A stretch of DNA of 64,000 nt from Octopus sinensis. Taxonomy: Eukaryota. A program made the translations under genes and the position numbers. Location: the NCBI RefSeq assembly GCF_006345805.1, contig NC_043008.1, forward strand, positions 56,172,001 through 56,236,000, in the 5' to 3' direction. This document shows positions 27,330-41,615 of the stretch, piece after piece. The notes beneath the pieces were generated by a model. It made no database searches. It saw nothing but the letters and a program-made list of their open reading frames with translations, and had not been told where the DNA came from. Positions within the stretch are counted from its first letter, which is position 1, and the number at the start of each line of letters is the position of its first letter.

Positions 27330-27922
27330 TTAAGTTGTCTGTACCCTTTCCTCTCCATAATATGTGGCTTTCTGCCGATGTTAGAAATTATAACTGTTAT
27401 GGATTAATTAACTACCTTGCAGTAGTTTGTTTGGCTTTTTTACTTTCTGAGTTCAAATCTCACTGAGGTAGACTTTTTTTTTAATCTGTTTTTTTTTTTG
27501 TGTGTGTGGTTGGGTTGGTGGGTGATAGAATAAAGGAGAGCTCAAGTACATTGGTCAGTTTCATCAACTACCACCTTCACCTCAACAGATTGTTAGCCTT
27601 GCTAAAGCTGGAGACTTGGCAGAATTGTTCGGCCATTGGAAAAAGAAATGTCCAACAGTATTTGTTCTGGCTCTTTACATTCTGAGTTCAAATCCTGCTG
27701 AGGTCGACTTTGCATATCATCCTTCTGGGATCAATAAAAGAAGTACCAGTTGAACACTGGGGTCGATGTTTTCCCATTGAGCTCCACTTTACCTTTCATC
27801 CTTTCGGGGTCGATTAAATAAGTACCAGTTATACACTGGGGGTCAATGTAATCAACTTAATCCCTTCCCCCAAATTTGAGGACTTGTGATTTCAGTAGAA
27901 AGGATTATCATTATCATCATCA

Positions 27923-27966
<44 letters not shown>

Positions 27967-29552
27967 AAGGTTCAGTAAATTTTCATTATCAGTTAGTATT
28001 AAATAATTAAATGAACTGTAGTTTGGTAAGAACTAGTTTTAATTCACCCCTTCCCCTTCTCCGTTCTTATTGCAAAAACCCTTAGTTCTACATAACTCTT
28101 GGTTGAACAGGTACTGTTTTTTTTTGTTTTTTTTTATCTTCTACTTTATTTTCATCTTTTTCCTCTTATTTGTATTTTTTGTTTGTTTCTTATCAAATTC
28201 CTTTTCTTTTTCTCTTTTTTTCCCCCTTTATTAATTAAGTCTATGATTTCCTCTTTTTGTCTTTTAGAACATCCATGGTCTTTATTATGAAGATGTAGGT
28301 GTTTATTTCTGCGGAATTTTTGTTTTTTTTTTCATGCTGTGTGGCCCCCTCCCCCTCCTCTCCATTCTGCTCCTTTCTTCTGTCCGTGTTCTGCTAGCTC
28401 TGTTTGTTATGCTTTGCTGCAAATCATTGTTTATTATACACAAACAATATGTTTGTGGTTGTGTGTATGTGTGTGTGTGAATGAAGTTCTATGCTTTTCT
28501 TTTTCCTTCTTTTCTACTCAAGTGCAGTGAATAATTATATTGATATCTGTGTGTGTGGCAGGACTTTAAAAAGATGAGAGGGGAGAGAGAGAGAGAGGCA
28601 ATGGGGGTTACTGCTGAAAAAAAGTCCCCTCTTCACTCCCCCCAAAAAATAAATAAAAACCCTCACAAAAAAACCCCCAAAATCAAGAGAAAACTGCATC
28701 AAGACATGGATGGCAGACAGCACCTACAAATGCAGTCCTTGCAACCAGGACTCATTCTGATGTAGGTCTCTACAGCTACAGCAGATGTTACTATACCAAC
28801 AAGCCTGAAACAAGTCTTTCTAGATACAGGTCTTAGAAGAGTGATGGATTCTTATATATAGTGTGCGTTTGTGTGTGGCAGAAGGACAGTGAAAACCATT
28901 ACTGCCACTGGAGACTAGAACTAGGCAGAGTTTTATAAAGATGAGAGGTGAAAGAGAAAGAGGCAGTGGGGTTACTGCTGAAGAAAAGTGTTCCCATCTA
29001 AAAAAGAAAAACGAGAGGAAACTGCATCAAGACATGGATGGCAGACAGCACCTATAAATGCAATATCTGCAACCAGAACAGTCATTCCGATGTGTGTGTG
29101 TGTACACCTTTGTCTAGCCACAATGTGATAGCTGTAAATGAGTGTCACCATCACACAAGTGGTGTTGTTTCTTTCCAGTCTTCTGTGGAAAAACATGTCT
29201 GGCCATAGGGAGAGAGTACCTTGCTTGGAAATAGGGAAGGGTTAGCAACAGGAAGGGCATCTGGCCACAGAAAATCTGCCTCAGCAAAATTCTGTCTGAC
29301 CCATGCAAGCATGAAAAAGGGGACATTAATGATGATGATGATGATGGTGATGATGGTGATGATGATGTATGTTTTAGATTATTACTTCTTTCCAGAATCC
29401 TTTCTGTTTGGTAGTTTCTTGCAGACTTTTGCTCGGACATGGCTTCCAATAAATTCATTCTGGCCTTTTAGAATTCTCTATTACAATTTCATTGTCAGCT
29501 GTTTTTGCTCCTACCTAAATCTATAATCTCTGCCCTCCCCCATCTGTGTGTG

Positions 29553-29608
<56 letters not shown>

Positions 29609-29856
29609 TATATATATCGTTTTGGGATTTGGTTTGCAAGATTCTTTATATGAGTTCGTGTGTTGAAGCATATTCTGTTGTGTCTGGGGAGAGTCATTTT
29701 CTTTTTGTGCCTTATAATGTAACACACTCACCGGTAAAATTTCCACTTTTTTCTTATATTTATTTTCCTAAAAAGTGGAAATTTTACCGGTGAGTGTGTT
29801 ACATTATAAGGCACAAAAAGAAAATCACTCTCCCCAGACACAACAGTATATATATG

Positions 29857-29925
<69 letters not shown>

Positions 29926-31295
29926 TATATATATCGTTTTGGGATTTGGTTTGCAAGATTCTTTATATGAGTTCGTGTGTTGAAGCATATTCTGTTGTGT
30001 CTGGGGAGAGTCATTTTCTTTTTGTGCCTTATAATGTAACCACTCACCGGTAAAATTTCCACTTTTTTCTTATATTTATTTTCCTAAAAAGTGGAAATTT
30101 TACCGGTGAGTGTGTTACATTATAAGGCACAAAAAGAAAATGACTCTCCCCAGACACAACAGTATATATATGTATGTATATATATATATATCTATATATA
30201 TATATTTATATATATTTATTTATTTATTTATCTGTCTCATCAATGATATAGGCATTCTTATCTTTCTTCTGTGATAATTTATTCCTTTTTACATTTTGGC
30301 TTATGTTTAATGCCAAGCTTCCAGTTTTGCATGGTCTCTTGTTATTCCTTACTTTGCATCACTTTGTATGAAATACTTATTGATCTTGCTGTTATTGATC
30401 TTGTCTGCTGTTGTTATTGTTGTTGTTCTTTTATTTTCTTATTGTAAATGGTGTGGTTTGAGTTTTTTTAATATTTTTTCGATTATTTTTTTCTGGTCTT
30501 TAAAAAAAAAATGTATATCAGAGTATCATAAAAGAAGACAAAAGAACAGTTAGGAAACTATAAAACTATAAAGAGTATTACAGTGTTAGAATGACCCATT
30601 CATTTTGAGTTTAATTATGTATTTGTGGAGTTTCTATTAATTGTGGTCAGTTGTTAACCAGGTAGATTTGTAGAACTGTGTCAAGATGGGTATAACTTCC
30701 TTTCAGTGTAGTTGAGCAATTACAATATTTGATAGCATATGAGACACACTAACACATTTTTTTTAACCCCCCCAAAAGAATGTCTCAAAAATTAACCCCT
30801 GTTCCTATATGCAAAGTTGGGCCTATATTGCATACTTTAATGCATTAATTTTATCTCTTTGTTTTTGAATATTCTCTGCTGAAATTAGTGTGCATCTTTT
30901 ATGCCATCAAATACAGTAAATACAGTTAGTCCTAGTAAGAGGCTGATTTTACAAGCCTCTCTAATTAGAGCAGATTAAAAATAAAAGGATGTTTCAGCTG
31001 ACATTAAATGGAGAAAATTCGGCCCAGTGGGCTGTGAAATTAAGAATATAAACTAGCAGTCATATTGTTACACGTTCAAGTCTCACAGCTACGGCCATCA
31101 TCGTGGTGTAGAGCCCATAGCTCTATCAACAAATAGACTATACATAGTAGTTGTGTAATCATCTCTTTTATAGTATTTCTATTGAAGTAATGGTATGTCC
31201 TTATTGTTAGAAATTTTGAAAATAATTAAGAAATAGTAAGATGATATATTTTAATTTAGATATGAACACTTGGAGACAAGGTTTATATATAATAT

Positions 31296-31328
<33 letters not shown>

Positions 31329-31474
31329 ATTTATAAGTAAGGGCAAAATAAAAAATTTCTAATGCCAAAATATGCCGAAAATAGACACTACGTCAATAAC
31401 CATGTAATTTGTCACTACAAGCACGTGTTTCAAAGAAAGCCGACAGAAGTTTCTAAAAAATTCCGTTATTACCA

Positions 31475-31528
31475 TATCGGACCCGATTTCAGAGTTAGTT
31501 CATAAGAACCTTCTCTTCATCAGAGATA
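31475..31528 (-). ncRNA. Putative hammerhead ribozyme motif (slightly decayed)
   Basis: UAUCU-CUGAUGA-AGAG AA GGUUC UUAU GAACU AA CUCU-GAAA-UCGG-GUC|CGAUA, inside a (TA)n-flanked element at about 31330-31780. Confidence 0.55.
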
Positions 31529-32317
31529 AATGCGGTGAATAAATAAGTGAAATACTTACTCATACCCATGGAAGAAGTGAGCACTAAGCCACGAGTACAA
31601 TTAAGTACCCCAAATATATCCAAAATAGAAATTCTCTAGCACACCTCGAGACACGTGCGATTCGAACAGAAAAGCTCTCGTAAAGTGAGAGAGTCTGGAA
31701 GTGAACACTATTAAATTAACATCTAATATAGGATAGAATTTTTTATCAATGGCCAGCATATTAAAAAATACCTTTAATATATATATATTGTTTGTTCCTT
31801 CTTGAGTCATGCCTGGCTCATAAGGGTCGGTTTCCCAGTTTCCGTGGTTGCTATTTTTAGCAGACTGTGACACTTCATGTAGAAGTTGTCTATTCAGGTC
31901 ATCTGTTATTTTGTTCTCTTGATTGCTGTTTGCTAGAAACATCTTTGAATTGATTGAAAAATTTGGTGGGGGGGGGTGGATTTAAGATTGCAGTAAATAA
32001 TATATTTGAATAAATTTTCAAAGTTTTGCATTTCTAATTGTTGATGTCATTTATTCCTGCTTCAAGTAAGATCGAGTTAGGTTTGTTAGCTTTCACTCCC
32101 AAAACTAGTACTGGATGTTTATTGCACACTTAATATAATTGTTTTAAATGTACATATTCTTCATTCTACTGTTAGATATCTGGTTATGATTTTAACGAAT
32201 TGTTTTTTGAACTGACTTTTAAAGCTCATTTTCTCATTTTTTTCAATGAATTATTTATTTATTTATTGATCTAATTGACTTTCAATTAATTAATTAGTAT
32301 ATGTTGCATTTTTAAAG

Positions 32318-32492
32318 GATTTATCGTCATCAGCACTATTTCCGCTAATATCACCTGAGAAGCAAGGTAATAATGAACGTGCTTCCATGTTTGTGTACGA
32401 GAAACAATCAACTGAAGGCGGTGGAGAAAAGTCTGTCATCAACATAAGCCCATTCCGTCGTGCCCGGAAACATTTCAAGAATATAATGGGAG
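32318..32492 (+). CDS. Internal coding exon (175 nt, phase 0-1) DLSSSALFPLISPEKQGNNERASMFVYEKQSTEGGGEKSVINISPFRRARKHFKNIMG
   Basis: Acceptor ttgcatttttaaag|, strong donor GAG|gtgagt, open frame, CpG-retaining island in AT-rich intron. Phase compatible with exon 6996-7580. Confidence 0.8.
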
Positions 32493-33198
32493 GTGAGTCA
32501 TTGTTATCATTATTGATAGAAATATTGCTTAATGTATATTTCGAAATATATTTTTAAATTATTGTTTGTGTGTTAGAGAAGATTTTTCATAAAACAAAGC
32601 ACGTATGATAAACATGTTCTTTTTTCTCGTAAATAGTTAATACTTAGTAAATAATAATATTATTTTTTAGATACTAATTACCATTTCAGTGTCCATATTT
32701 CAGATTGATCAGTGGTCAGAGTTCTTGGCTAATATCATATTATTAATTAGTTTTCATTTTTATTTTACTGTTTTTTCATTCAAATTATTATTTTTTTCTA
32801 TTCTCCAACCAATATTTAGTTTCATTACCATGAACCTATTATCAATGCATCTTTTTTCTCCTAAAGTTTTTCTATCTACAATGATGGCATTCTCAAACCG
32901 TGGCATCCTAAATTCTATGGCGTTCTAAATTCTGTGATATCTTTAATTCTGTTGACACCAGTGGTTGATTGTCTTTTAGAACTTAATTTCTCTATTCTGT
33001 TAATGCTTTCCAAGGCCGTAATCAGTCGGGGTTATTAATCTAATGATTTTGTTGTACCTGTAGACATTTCCAGTAGCATTCCGGAAGGGAACCAGATGTT
33101 GGTCAATAGTGACCTAGTGATTGGGTCATTGGAGATTGGCCACAGCTCCTCATAATTACATATATATTTATAGATACACACACATATACTTACATATA

Positions 33199-33258
<60 letters not shown>

Positions 33259-34334
33259 ATCATCATCATCATCATCATTTGATGTCCACTTTTCATGCTG
33301 GTATGCATTGGATGGTTTGACAGAAACCAAACTTTGCTGTCTGCTTTGGCATAGTGTCTAAGGCTGGATGCCCTTGACTAACCCCAGTGACATTACAGGG
33401 TGTACTGGGTACTTTTTACATGGCACCAACAGCAGTGAGGTTGATTAATAACTTAGACAAGACTCCTCAACTGAAGTGAATGGAGTAGTTTTGAGTGACA
33501 GGAGAAAGGAGTCTTGCATAAGGGGGGAAAACATGTCTATATCAGGTGGGGAGAGAGAGTGTGGCGGAGTAATCATGCTATGTGTGTGTGTATAATATTA
33601 TCATCATCATCATTATTTAGCATCTGCTTTCCATGCTGGTGTGGGTTAGGTGGTTTGAACTGAAATTGGAGAGCTGAGCCAGGTTCCAATCTGATTTGGA
33701 ATAGTGAAAAATGCAGGCATGGCTGTGTGGTAAGGAGTTTGTTTCCTAACCACATGGTTCCTGGTTCACTCCTGCTACATGGTACCTTGGACAAATGTCT
33801 TCTACTATAGCTCCACAAGCCAGCTAGAGCCTTATGAGTGAATTTGGCAGATGGAAACTTAAAGAAGCCCATCATATGTATATATGTGTGTGTGCATGTT
33901 TTACTGTCTCCTTGTCTTGGCATTGCATGATAGTTGCAAAATGTGTCGGAGATGTGGAAAAAAAACTCTGAAGGCTATTTTCTCAACTTTCTCCAAAGCA
34001 ATTCTCTCTCTAAGTGAAGCATAGATTATTTGGTGTTTCTGCAAAGTGCTGCACACAAATGAAGCAAGCCGGTTACACTGGATGTGTCTGGACAACTGAG
34101 CGTAAATGAGCTGAGAGAAAAACTGGTTGTAAAGGGAATTAATGTAATGTGTAAGAGAGAAGACTTAAAACGTATGAAAATATGAAACATATGGAGGATG
34201 TCAGTTGAGTAAAGAAGGAGCATTGAGAGAAACCATCGAAGCCATGCAAGCATAGTGTGACAGAAAAGAACAAAATATATATGATGATGATAGTGATAAT
34301 TGACAATATATATTTATATATGTAAATATCAAAC

Positions 34335-34800
34335 GTGGGCAATGCCAGGTGCTGCCTTGACTGGCTTCTTTTCTGGTGGCACATAAAATGCATCATCCGA
34401 ATGTGGCTGATGCTGAGTCAAGTACATCAACATCAGCAATATCAAAATCAAATCAAATGGAAATTGCAGTTGTGAGCCCCGTGCCAGTAGCATGTAAAAA
34501 GCACCATCCGAATGTGGCTGATGCTAGTGCCGCCTTGACTGGCTTCCGTACTGGTGGCACGTAAAAAGCACCATCTGATTGTGGTCGATGCCAGCTCCTC
34601 TGACCCCTTGTGCCAGTGGCACTTAAAAAGTACCCACTACACTCTCGGAGTGGTTAGCGTTAGGAAGGGCACCCACTGTAGAAACACTGCCAGATCAGAT
34701 TGGGGGCTGGTGCAGCCATCTGGCTTCCCAGACCCCAGTCGGACAGTCCAACCCATGCCAGCGTGGAAAACAGACATTAAACAATGATGATGATGATGAT
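34335..34800 (+). mobile_element. SINE-like family C with tandemly repeated 5' module (gcaccatccgaatgtggctgatgc)
   Basis: Three repeated upstream modules, then the family C core and (GAT)n tail. Confidence 0.8.
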
Positions 34801-35256
34801 ATATTGTGTGTGTGTTGTGTATATTTATATATATATATATTTAGATATATTTCAAAGGTCATACAGAGAAGGGAAAATAGATGAAAACTGGGCAAAAACA
34901 TTATGGACAGAAAAGAGGATATATGCTGGACCCCCCTTTTGAAGACAACATATGAGTATTCAGTTTTTGCCAAGTGACCAGCACAAATGAATTGTTTATA
35001 GTGATGAAATGTTCTTGCCGCACATCAGCTCACTCCTTCCATCAAATCTAACGGAGGCCTCAAAAGACATTTTAAGATCCTCAAAGTTCAGATCTTCTCT
35101 GCAGCTCTTGGTGGTCCAAATCGGATATGCAATCTATGTGGGTGTCTTTTCAAAACACTGTCTGGTTTGAAAAGCCACATCAGATACCATGATGGTTCTA
35201 AGGTGTAGTAGGTACAGGGAGGTGGGGTTAAACTCTGCTTAAGGAGTAGACAACTA

Positions 35257-35312
<56 letters not shown>

Positions 35313-35422
35313 ACACACTGGAATTAGAAAAGTTGAATATTTTAATTATTGTGTTTTTTTTAAAAAGAATGAAATGAAAATAGTGAAACCTTCTGTCATC
35401 ATCTTTGTTGTCAGTGTTGTCG

Positions 35423-35461
<39 letters not shown>

Positions 35462-36009
35462 CTATTATCATCACCTTCAACCACCACCAACACTATCATG
35501 ATAATCATGATCATAAGCATGACAATCATCAGCAGTGTCATCATTGTCATCACATCACCACAATCATCGTCATCATCATCATCATCAAATTCACTACAAG
35601 TTCTCATGTCATTCCCATACATATGTATTGGCTGTAGGAAAGGCATGGATGTCACTACATGGCAGAATTGTTAGCATGCTGGAGAAAATGTTTGGCAGCA
35701 TTTCTTTTGGCTTTACGTTCTGAGTTCAAATTCTGCCAAGGCTGAATTTGCCTTTCTTTCTTTCAGGATTGATGTAATAAGTACCAGTTATGCACTGGGG
35801 TTGACGAGACCTCTCCCCTAAAATTTGGGCTGTTTGTCTATAGTAGAAAGTATTATTGTTATTGTTATTATTATTCTGCCATGGTCGACTTTGCCTTTCA
35901 TCCTTTCGGGGTCAATAAAGTATCAGTTGCATACTGAGGTTGATCTAATCGACTGCTCCGCCTACCCCCCACCAAATTTTTGGGCCTTTTGCCTAGAGTA
36001 GAAAAGATT

Positions 36010-37375
36010 ATTATTATAATTATTATTGTTGTTGTTGTTCTTGTTGTTTAGATTCTGGCGGTACTATTTGTAATTGATCTTTACTTGAAAGTAGGTAATA
36101 ACAAATCACTAAAGGTTTCAAGTAGTGACTCAAAGAGACAATACTCTCCTTAGAATGTGAACTGTACCCAACATTGCTGTCCTCTGGATCACCTCGAGCT
36201 TGACAGCAACTCCAATATTCTTAATATGTTTTTCAAAGCCCTTGGAAACTGCTCCTAACGCTCCAATTACCACCGGTATCACCATTACTTTCCTCATGCC
36301 CCATAACTTTCCTATCTCGTCCCGCAGTGGCTGGGATTTCTCACTCTTTTCTGTTTCCTTACATTTCACCCTCGAATTGCTTGGTATTGCAACATCTATT
36401 ATCTTTGCTTCTTTTTCATCTTTATGGATGATCACGATATCTGGCCATCTCGCCCCTATGACTTGATTGCACAGCATGTTAAAATCCCAGAGTATTTTGT
36501 TATGTCCATTTGCCATTACTCCCTCTGGCTTGTGTTCATACCATTGTTTGGCTCTCTCAAGGTTTGCTTTACTGTACAACAACCAGTGGACATATCTGGC
36601 CACATTGTCATGTCTCCTTTTGTATTCGCATTGTGCGAGCTTACAGAACTCACTAATGATATGGCTTATACTTTCTCCCTTCTCAGAGCACATCCTCCAC
36701 TGTGGTGAGTCAGTGCTTTCATTGATGTGATATTTAGAGTATTTTGTTCTGAGAGCTTGTTCTTGAGCACTGCACACTAATGCCTCAGTGGGCCCTTTTA
36801 AGTCTCCTTTCTGCAGCCATTGCCAGGTTCTATTCCAATCAATCTCATCTTTATCCATCAAGAACTGACTGCATTTTCTTGTCCTGCCAAATTTTCTTCA
36901 TTTGTCCTCTCTGGTTTTTCTTAAATCATGTTGGATCTACGACTTCGTTCACTTTTAAGGTTCCCTGCATTTTCACTGCTTCAATCATTTCTTCTTCACC
37001 CCCAAACCAGGATATTCTCCTCTTCCATTACACAACCTTCACAACACACCAATCCCTATCCTTCTTCACATAGCTTTTGGGGTGTAGTTCCTTATTTATT
37101 GTCATTAATTTACGTTTTTTCCGGTCTATCTCTTGTAATTCATTCTTCTTCCAAGATACTATTCCTGCCCCATATCTCATCAAAGCAACCACCCACATAT
37201 TAATTGCTCTAATCTTATAGCGGTCATTTACCTTCAATTGAAGCACAAGCTGAGTTCTCCTCAAATACTCTTTCCTGTACATTTCTTTCATCTTGTGTTC
37301 ATTCATCTTATCTCTTTCAATGATACCCAGGTACTTATAGCCTTCTTCTCTGACTTCCTTTATAGTTTCGCCACC
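36010..37375 (-). mobile_element. Degraded 5'-truncated non-LTR retrotransposon with restriction-like endonuclease (R4/Dong-like)
   Basis: ORF 36130-36861 has a decayed CCHC knuckle (WRMC...HIISEF), KRRHDNVARYVHW and a PDIV...IIDVAIP nuclease motif; upstream frameshifted post-RT segments; 3' end runs into (CAA)/(TAA) repeats. Confidence 0.9.
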
Positions 37376-37630
37376 AGAATTTCTGGCTTTGTGCCTATAG
37401 TATAAAGGATTATTATTATTGTTGTTGTTGTTGTTGTTAAGGTGGCAAGTTGGCAGAATTTTTGCATGCTAGACGAAATGCTTACCGGTATTTCAACCAT
37501 CGTTAAGTTCTGCGTTCAAATTCCAAAATTCGATCTCTTTAAAGAATGATTTCCTTTCTCTCTGCCTTGTATTAACATTAGAAATAGTTGCTGTACATCT
37601 GTGTTTACCTCTATAAACATACATACATGT

Positions 37631-37682
<52 letters not shown>

Positions 37683-37883
37683 TGTATATATATGTGTGTG
37701 TATATGTATACGCATACACTATATATACATGCACATCTGTACATCTACATCCATATATGCACCTTGCTCTCTCTCTCTCTTTATATATATGTGTGTGTGT
37801 ACATGAACATTTTTATATATTCATGTACACTTGTATATATATATATACATGGATACATTTATACAACTACACACACACACTTG

Positions 37884-37914
<31 letters not shown>

Positions 37915-37976
37915 GTGCACATGTTTATATATGCATGCATATAAACACCCTACTATCTTACTTTAAAACTGTTACA

Positions 37977-38021
<45 letters not shown>

Positions 38022-38090
38022 AAGTATAGGGGTTTAGTTCACAGGTGATCTAAACAATTAGGTACGTAATGTTAACAATTATATATACAA

Positions 38091-38130
<40 letters not shown>

Positions 38131-38252
38131 TATATGCACACACATATATAGGATTGTCAAGAGTTGAATGCTTTTGATGATGTGCCTGTCAGATTTTTTT
38201 GTTGTTTTTATCTTTTGATAATGAAAATGATATTGGTTATAGCATAATTAAA

Positions 38253-38469
38253 CCCTTTGGCATCAATACCAGTCATATCTGGTCCAAACATTCTCCTGTT
38301 TTATGTCCAAACCACCAAGATCCTACATTTCATATTTGACCTGCTATATCATTGTAAACACGAGCACATCATCAAAGTCTTGCGGATATGACATGATGCA
38401 TGGTGAATTCAAAACAAGGTGAATAAATAAGCTTGTTCTATTTTACAGTGTGGGCTGAATACTAAAGGG
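38253..38469. mobile_element. Diverged piggyBac-type MITE
   Basis: CCCTTTGGCAT...ATACTAAAGGG termini; colinear similarity to 2270-2490. Confidence 0.7.
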
Positions 38470-38778
38470 TTTCAAAAAATGCTTTTACACACATGCACAC
38501 ACACTCACAGAGGAAACCAGAATACTGGTGTCAAGGTTGTAGATGAATACCTCATGGTGTGTGTGTGTGTGTGTGTTTGTTTGTTTGTGTGTATGCATGT
38601 GTGTGTGTGTGCGTGTGTGCGTGCGTGGTAGTCTTGGTTGCTATTTTGTAATGAAGACATCCTCTGGAGGCAGAAACAATTTTAATTAATCAAGAAGCTA
38701 TGTTGTGAAGTATTTGATATGCTTGTATTTGTCACATATATATATTATACATACAAACATACATACAAACATACATAC

Positions 38779-38813
<35 letters not shown>

Positions 38814-38897
38814 TATATATATATATATAGATATATATATATAAATATTGGGTTGGAAAACATTTTTATAGCTTTATGTGCTTCAAGATCTATTGTT

Positions 38898-38935
<38 letters not shown>

Positions 38936-41319
38936 AACAATAGATCTTGAAGCACATAAAGCTATAAAAATGTTTTCCAATCCAATATTTATATACTATA
39001 TATGTGCTTTGAGATCCACTGTTTCAAAAAAAAAAAAAAAAGAAAGAAACAATTATTTCATGTTGTCTTGAAAGTTTATAAATTCTTATGACACCAACAA
39101 TACATTTATTAATTTATGTTGATTAACCTAAAAGTGATAAACCTCTAAGCTCAGTATGTGAAAGCAGAATATTTTCCGATATGAAATTTGAAGTGGATGG
39201 CTCAAAATGTCTCTACCAGCGGTTTCATGCATTTGCTGTACAGCTGACAAAACTGAGCCAGCTACTTCTTAAACTATTGGATTTCTGAATGCATGTTTGT
39301 ACATTATATGAAAGCATAATAGTTTTTTTTTTTTGCACAAATGTATGCAACATTGTATGGTCAAAATAATGACTGTTTTGAGATCATATCTCCTATTATA
39401 CAATTTCCTTTGTGGCTTTTGTGGTTTAATATAATCTAAATATGCACATCATCATTATTTTTACCTTCACTTTACCATGCTTGCATGGCCTAGATAGAAT
39501 TTTGTTGAAGTAGATTGTCTACGGCTAGGTGCCCTCCCTGTTGCTAACCCTTACCTGTTTCCAAGTAAGTTAATATTTCCCCCCTGATGAGCCAGACATG
39601 CTTGCACAGAAGTTAATGAATGAAGAACACCACTTGTACGATGATGACTTTTATCCTTTTATCTACAACAGTAGTTCCCAAAATGAGTGGTATTGCTCTC
39701 TTGGGGACAGTAGAAAGTTCCAAAAGGGCAATTATGGGATAGCTATTCATGTAAAAATTTGGGTGATAAATGGAGTGGTGATTCATGCAAAAACAACAAC
39801 ATAATGGGTTCATAAGGTTAAGTTTTATTTGTGAAATACAGTTGCTTTGAATTTGCTTCAGACAGATATCTATGTTTGTGAGGGGCGCTTGGAATGTTGG
39901 GTGGATGTCAAGGCCAAAAAGTTTGGGAACCACTGATTGACAATTATTACATAAGTGGCACATAAAAAAACACCATTTCGAGCATGGCCGTTGCCAGTAC
40001 TGCAAGACTGGCCCTCGTGCTGGTGGCATGTAAAAGCACCCAGTACACTCTCGGAGTGGTTGGCGTCCAGCTGTAGAAGAGCATCCAGCTGTAGAAGGGC
40101 ATCCAGCTGTAGAAGGGCGTCCAGCTGCCAGATCAGATTGGAGCCTGGTGCAGCCATCTGGTTCACCAGTCCTCAGTCAAATCGTCCAACCCATGCTAGC
40201 ATGGAAAGTGGACGTTAATGATGATCCAGGCACACACACACACATACACACATTTCAATATGTGTGCGTTTGTGTCTTCTTTCTTGATATCGTGTGGTAG
40301 TTGTAAATACGTGTCACAGTCATAGAAGTGGTATCCATTTCCAGTATTCTCTTGGAAGGTCAGGCCTCATGGAAATATTATACCTTGCTTGGAAACAGGT
40401 GAGAGTTAACAAAAAAGACATCTGGCAGTGGAAAATCTGCCTCAAGGAAACTCCATCCAACATATGCAAACATGGAACAAAACAGACATCAAAAGATGAT
40501 GATGATGGTGAAGATTTCACATATGTTCCAGTTACCATTTCTGACCCAGTAGCACACACACACACACTCTCTCTCACATATACACACACAGTCACACACA
40601 CACACACACACACATGCACTTAGGCATACAGAGTTATCAGTTTGCATACACTGGCTTCCACTTGTCATTCAGAAACACACCTCTTAACCTAAACACAAGC
40701 ACACAAAATCAGTCCTCTTTACACTTGTTTACCATTCTTTATTCTGTAGTGCCAATAGCATTTCTAGAAATTCCCTTCCGAAGTTTCATGTTGAAATTTG
40801 ATGGCATTCCACCATGGATCACTTTCTGTCTAAAAGATTAAGTGCCCTTGAAAGCGTCACCATCCTCATCACCATCACCACTGCTGTCACCACCACCACT
40901 ACTGTCATTATTACCACTATCACCACAACCACCACCACCACCACCACTACTTCTGCTATCGACACCACCGTCATCATTGTTACTTCTATGATGATCACTA
41001 CTCTTAAGTTTGTAAGCACCATCACTATCACCACCACCTTGCACCCTTCCTCCTCCTCCTCCACCACTTCAACAACCATCATTACTACTGTCATTGTCAC
41101 TACCACCACCACCACCACCACCACCACCACCACCATCACTGCCATCATCATTACTATAACCATCACTACCTCACCACCATGATTGGTTATGGAACAGTAG
41201 ACAGTGTGGCCTGGTATACTATAGATAGTTATTGCAACATTTATCATAACTGGACAGTATAACTGGCCTCTGTGTGTGTGTGTGTATGTGTGCATACATA
41301 CATCAATGTTGTTTGTTTG

Positions 41320-41615
41320 TTCCTTCTCAAGCCATGCCTGACTCATAGGGCCGGTTTCCCGGTTTCCTTGGCATATAGGTTCCCCACCTGGATGGGATGC
41401 CGGTCTGTCACAGGTGAGCTGCAACATACAGGAGGAAAGAGTGAGAGAAAGTTGTGGTGAAAGAATCAGCTGAAGTTAACCATTACCTTCTGCCAGAGCC
41501 ATGTGGAGCTTTGGTGTTTCGCTCATAAATACACACATTGCTCGGTCTGAGATTCGAACCCGCGATCCCTCGACCGCGAGTCCGCTGCTCTAAACACTGG
41601 GCCATGTACCTCCAC
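41320..41615 (-). mobile_element. SINE family D
   Basis: Colinear with 1420-1722; B box GGTTCGAATCT. Confidence 0.8.

Noticed and set aside
41540-41615. tRNA-like sequences here and at other SINE heads
   Set aside because: These are SINE 5' heads continuing into SINE bodies; no complete cloverleaf found.
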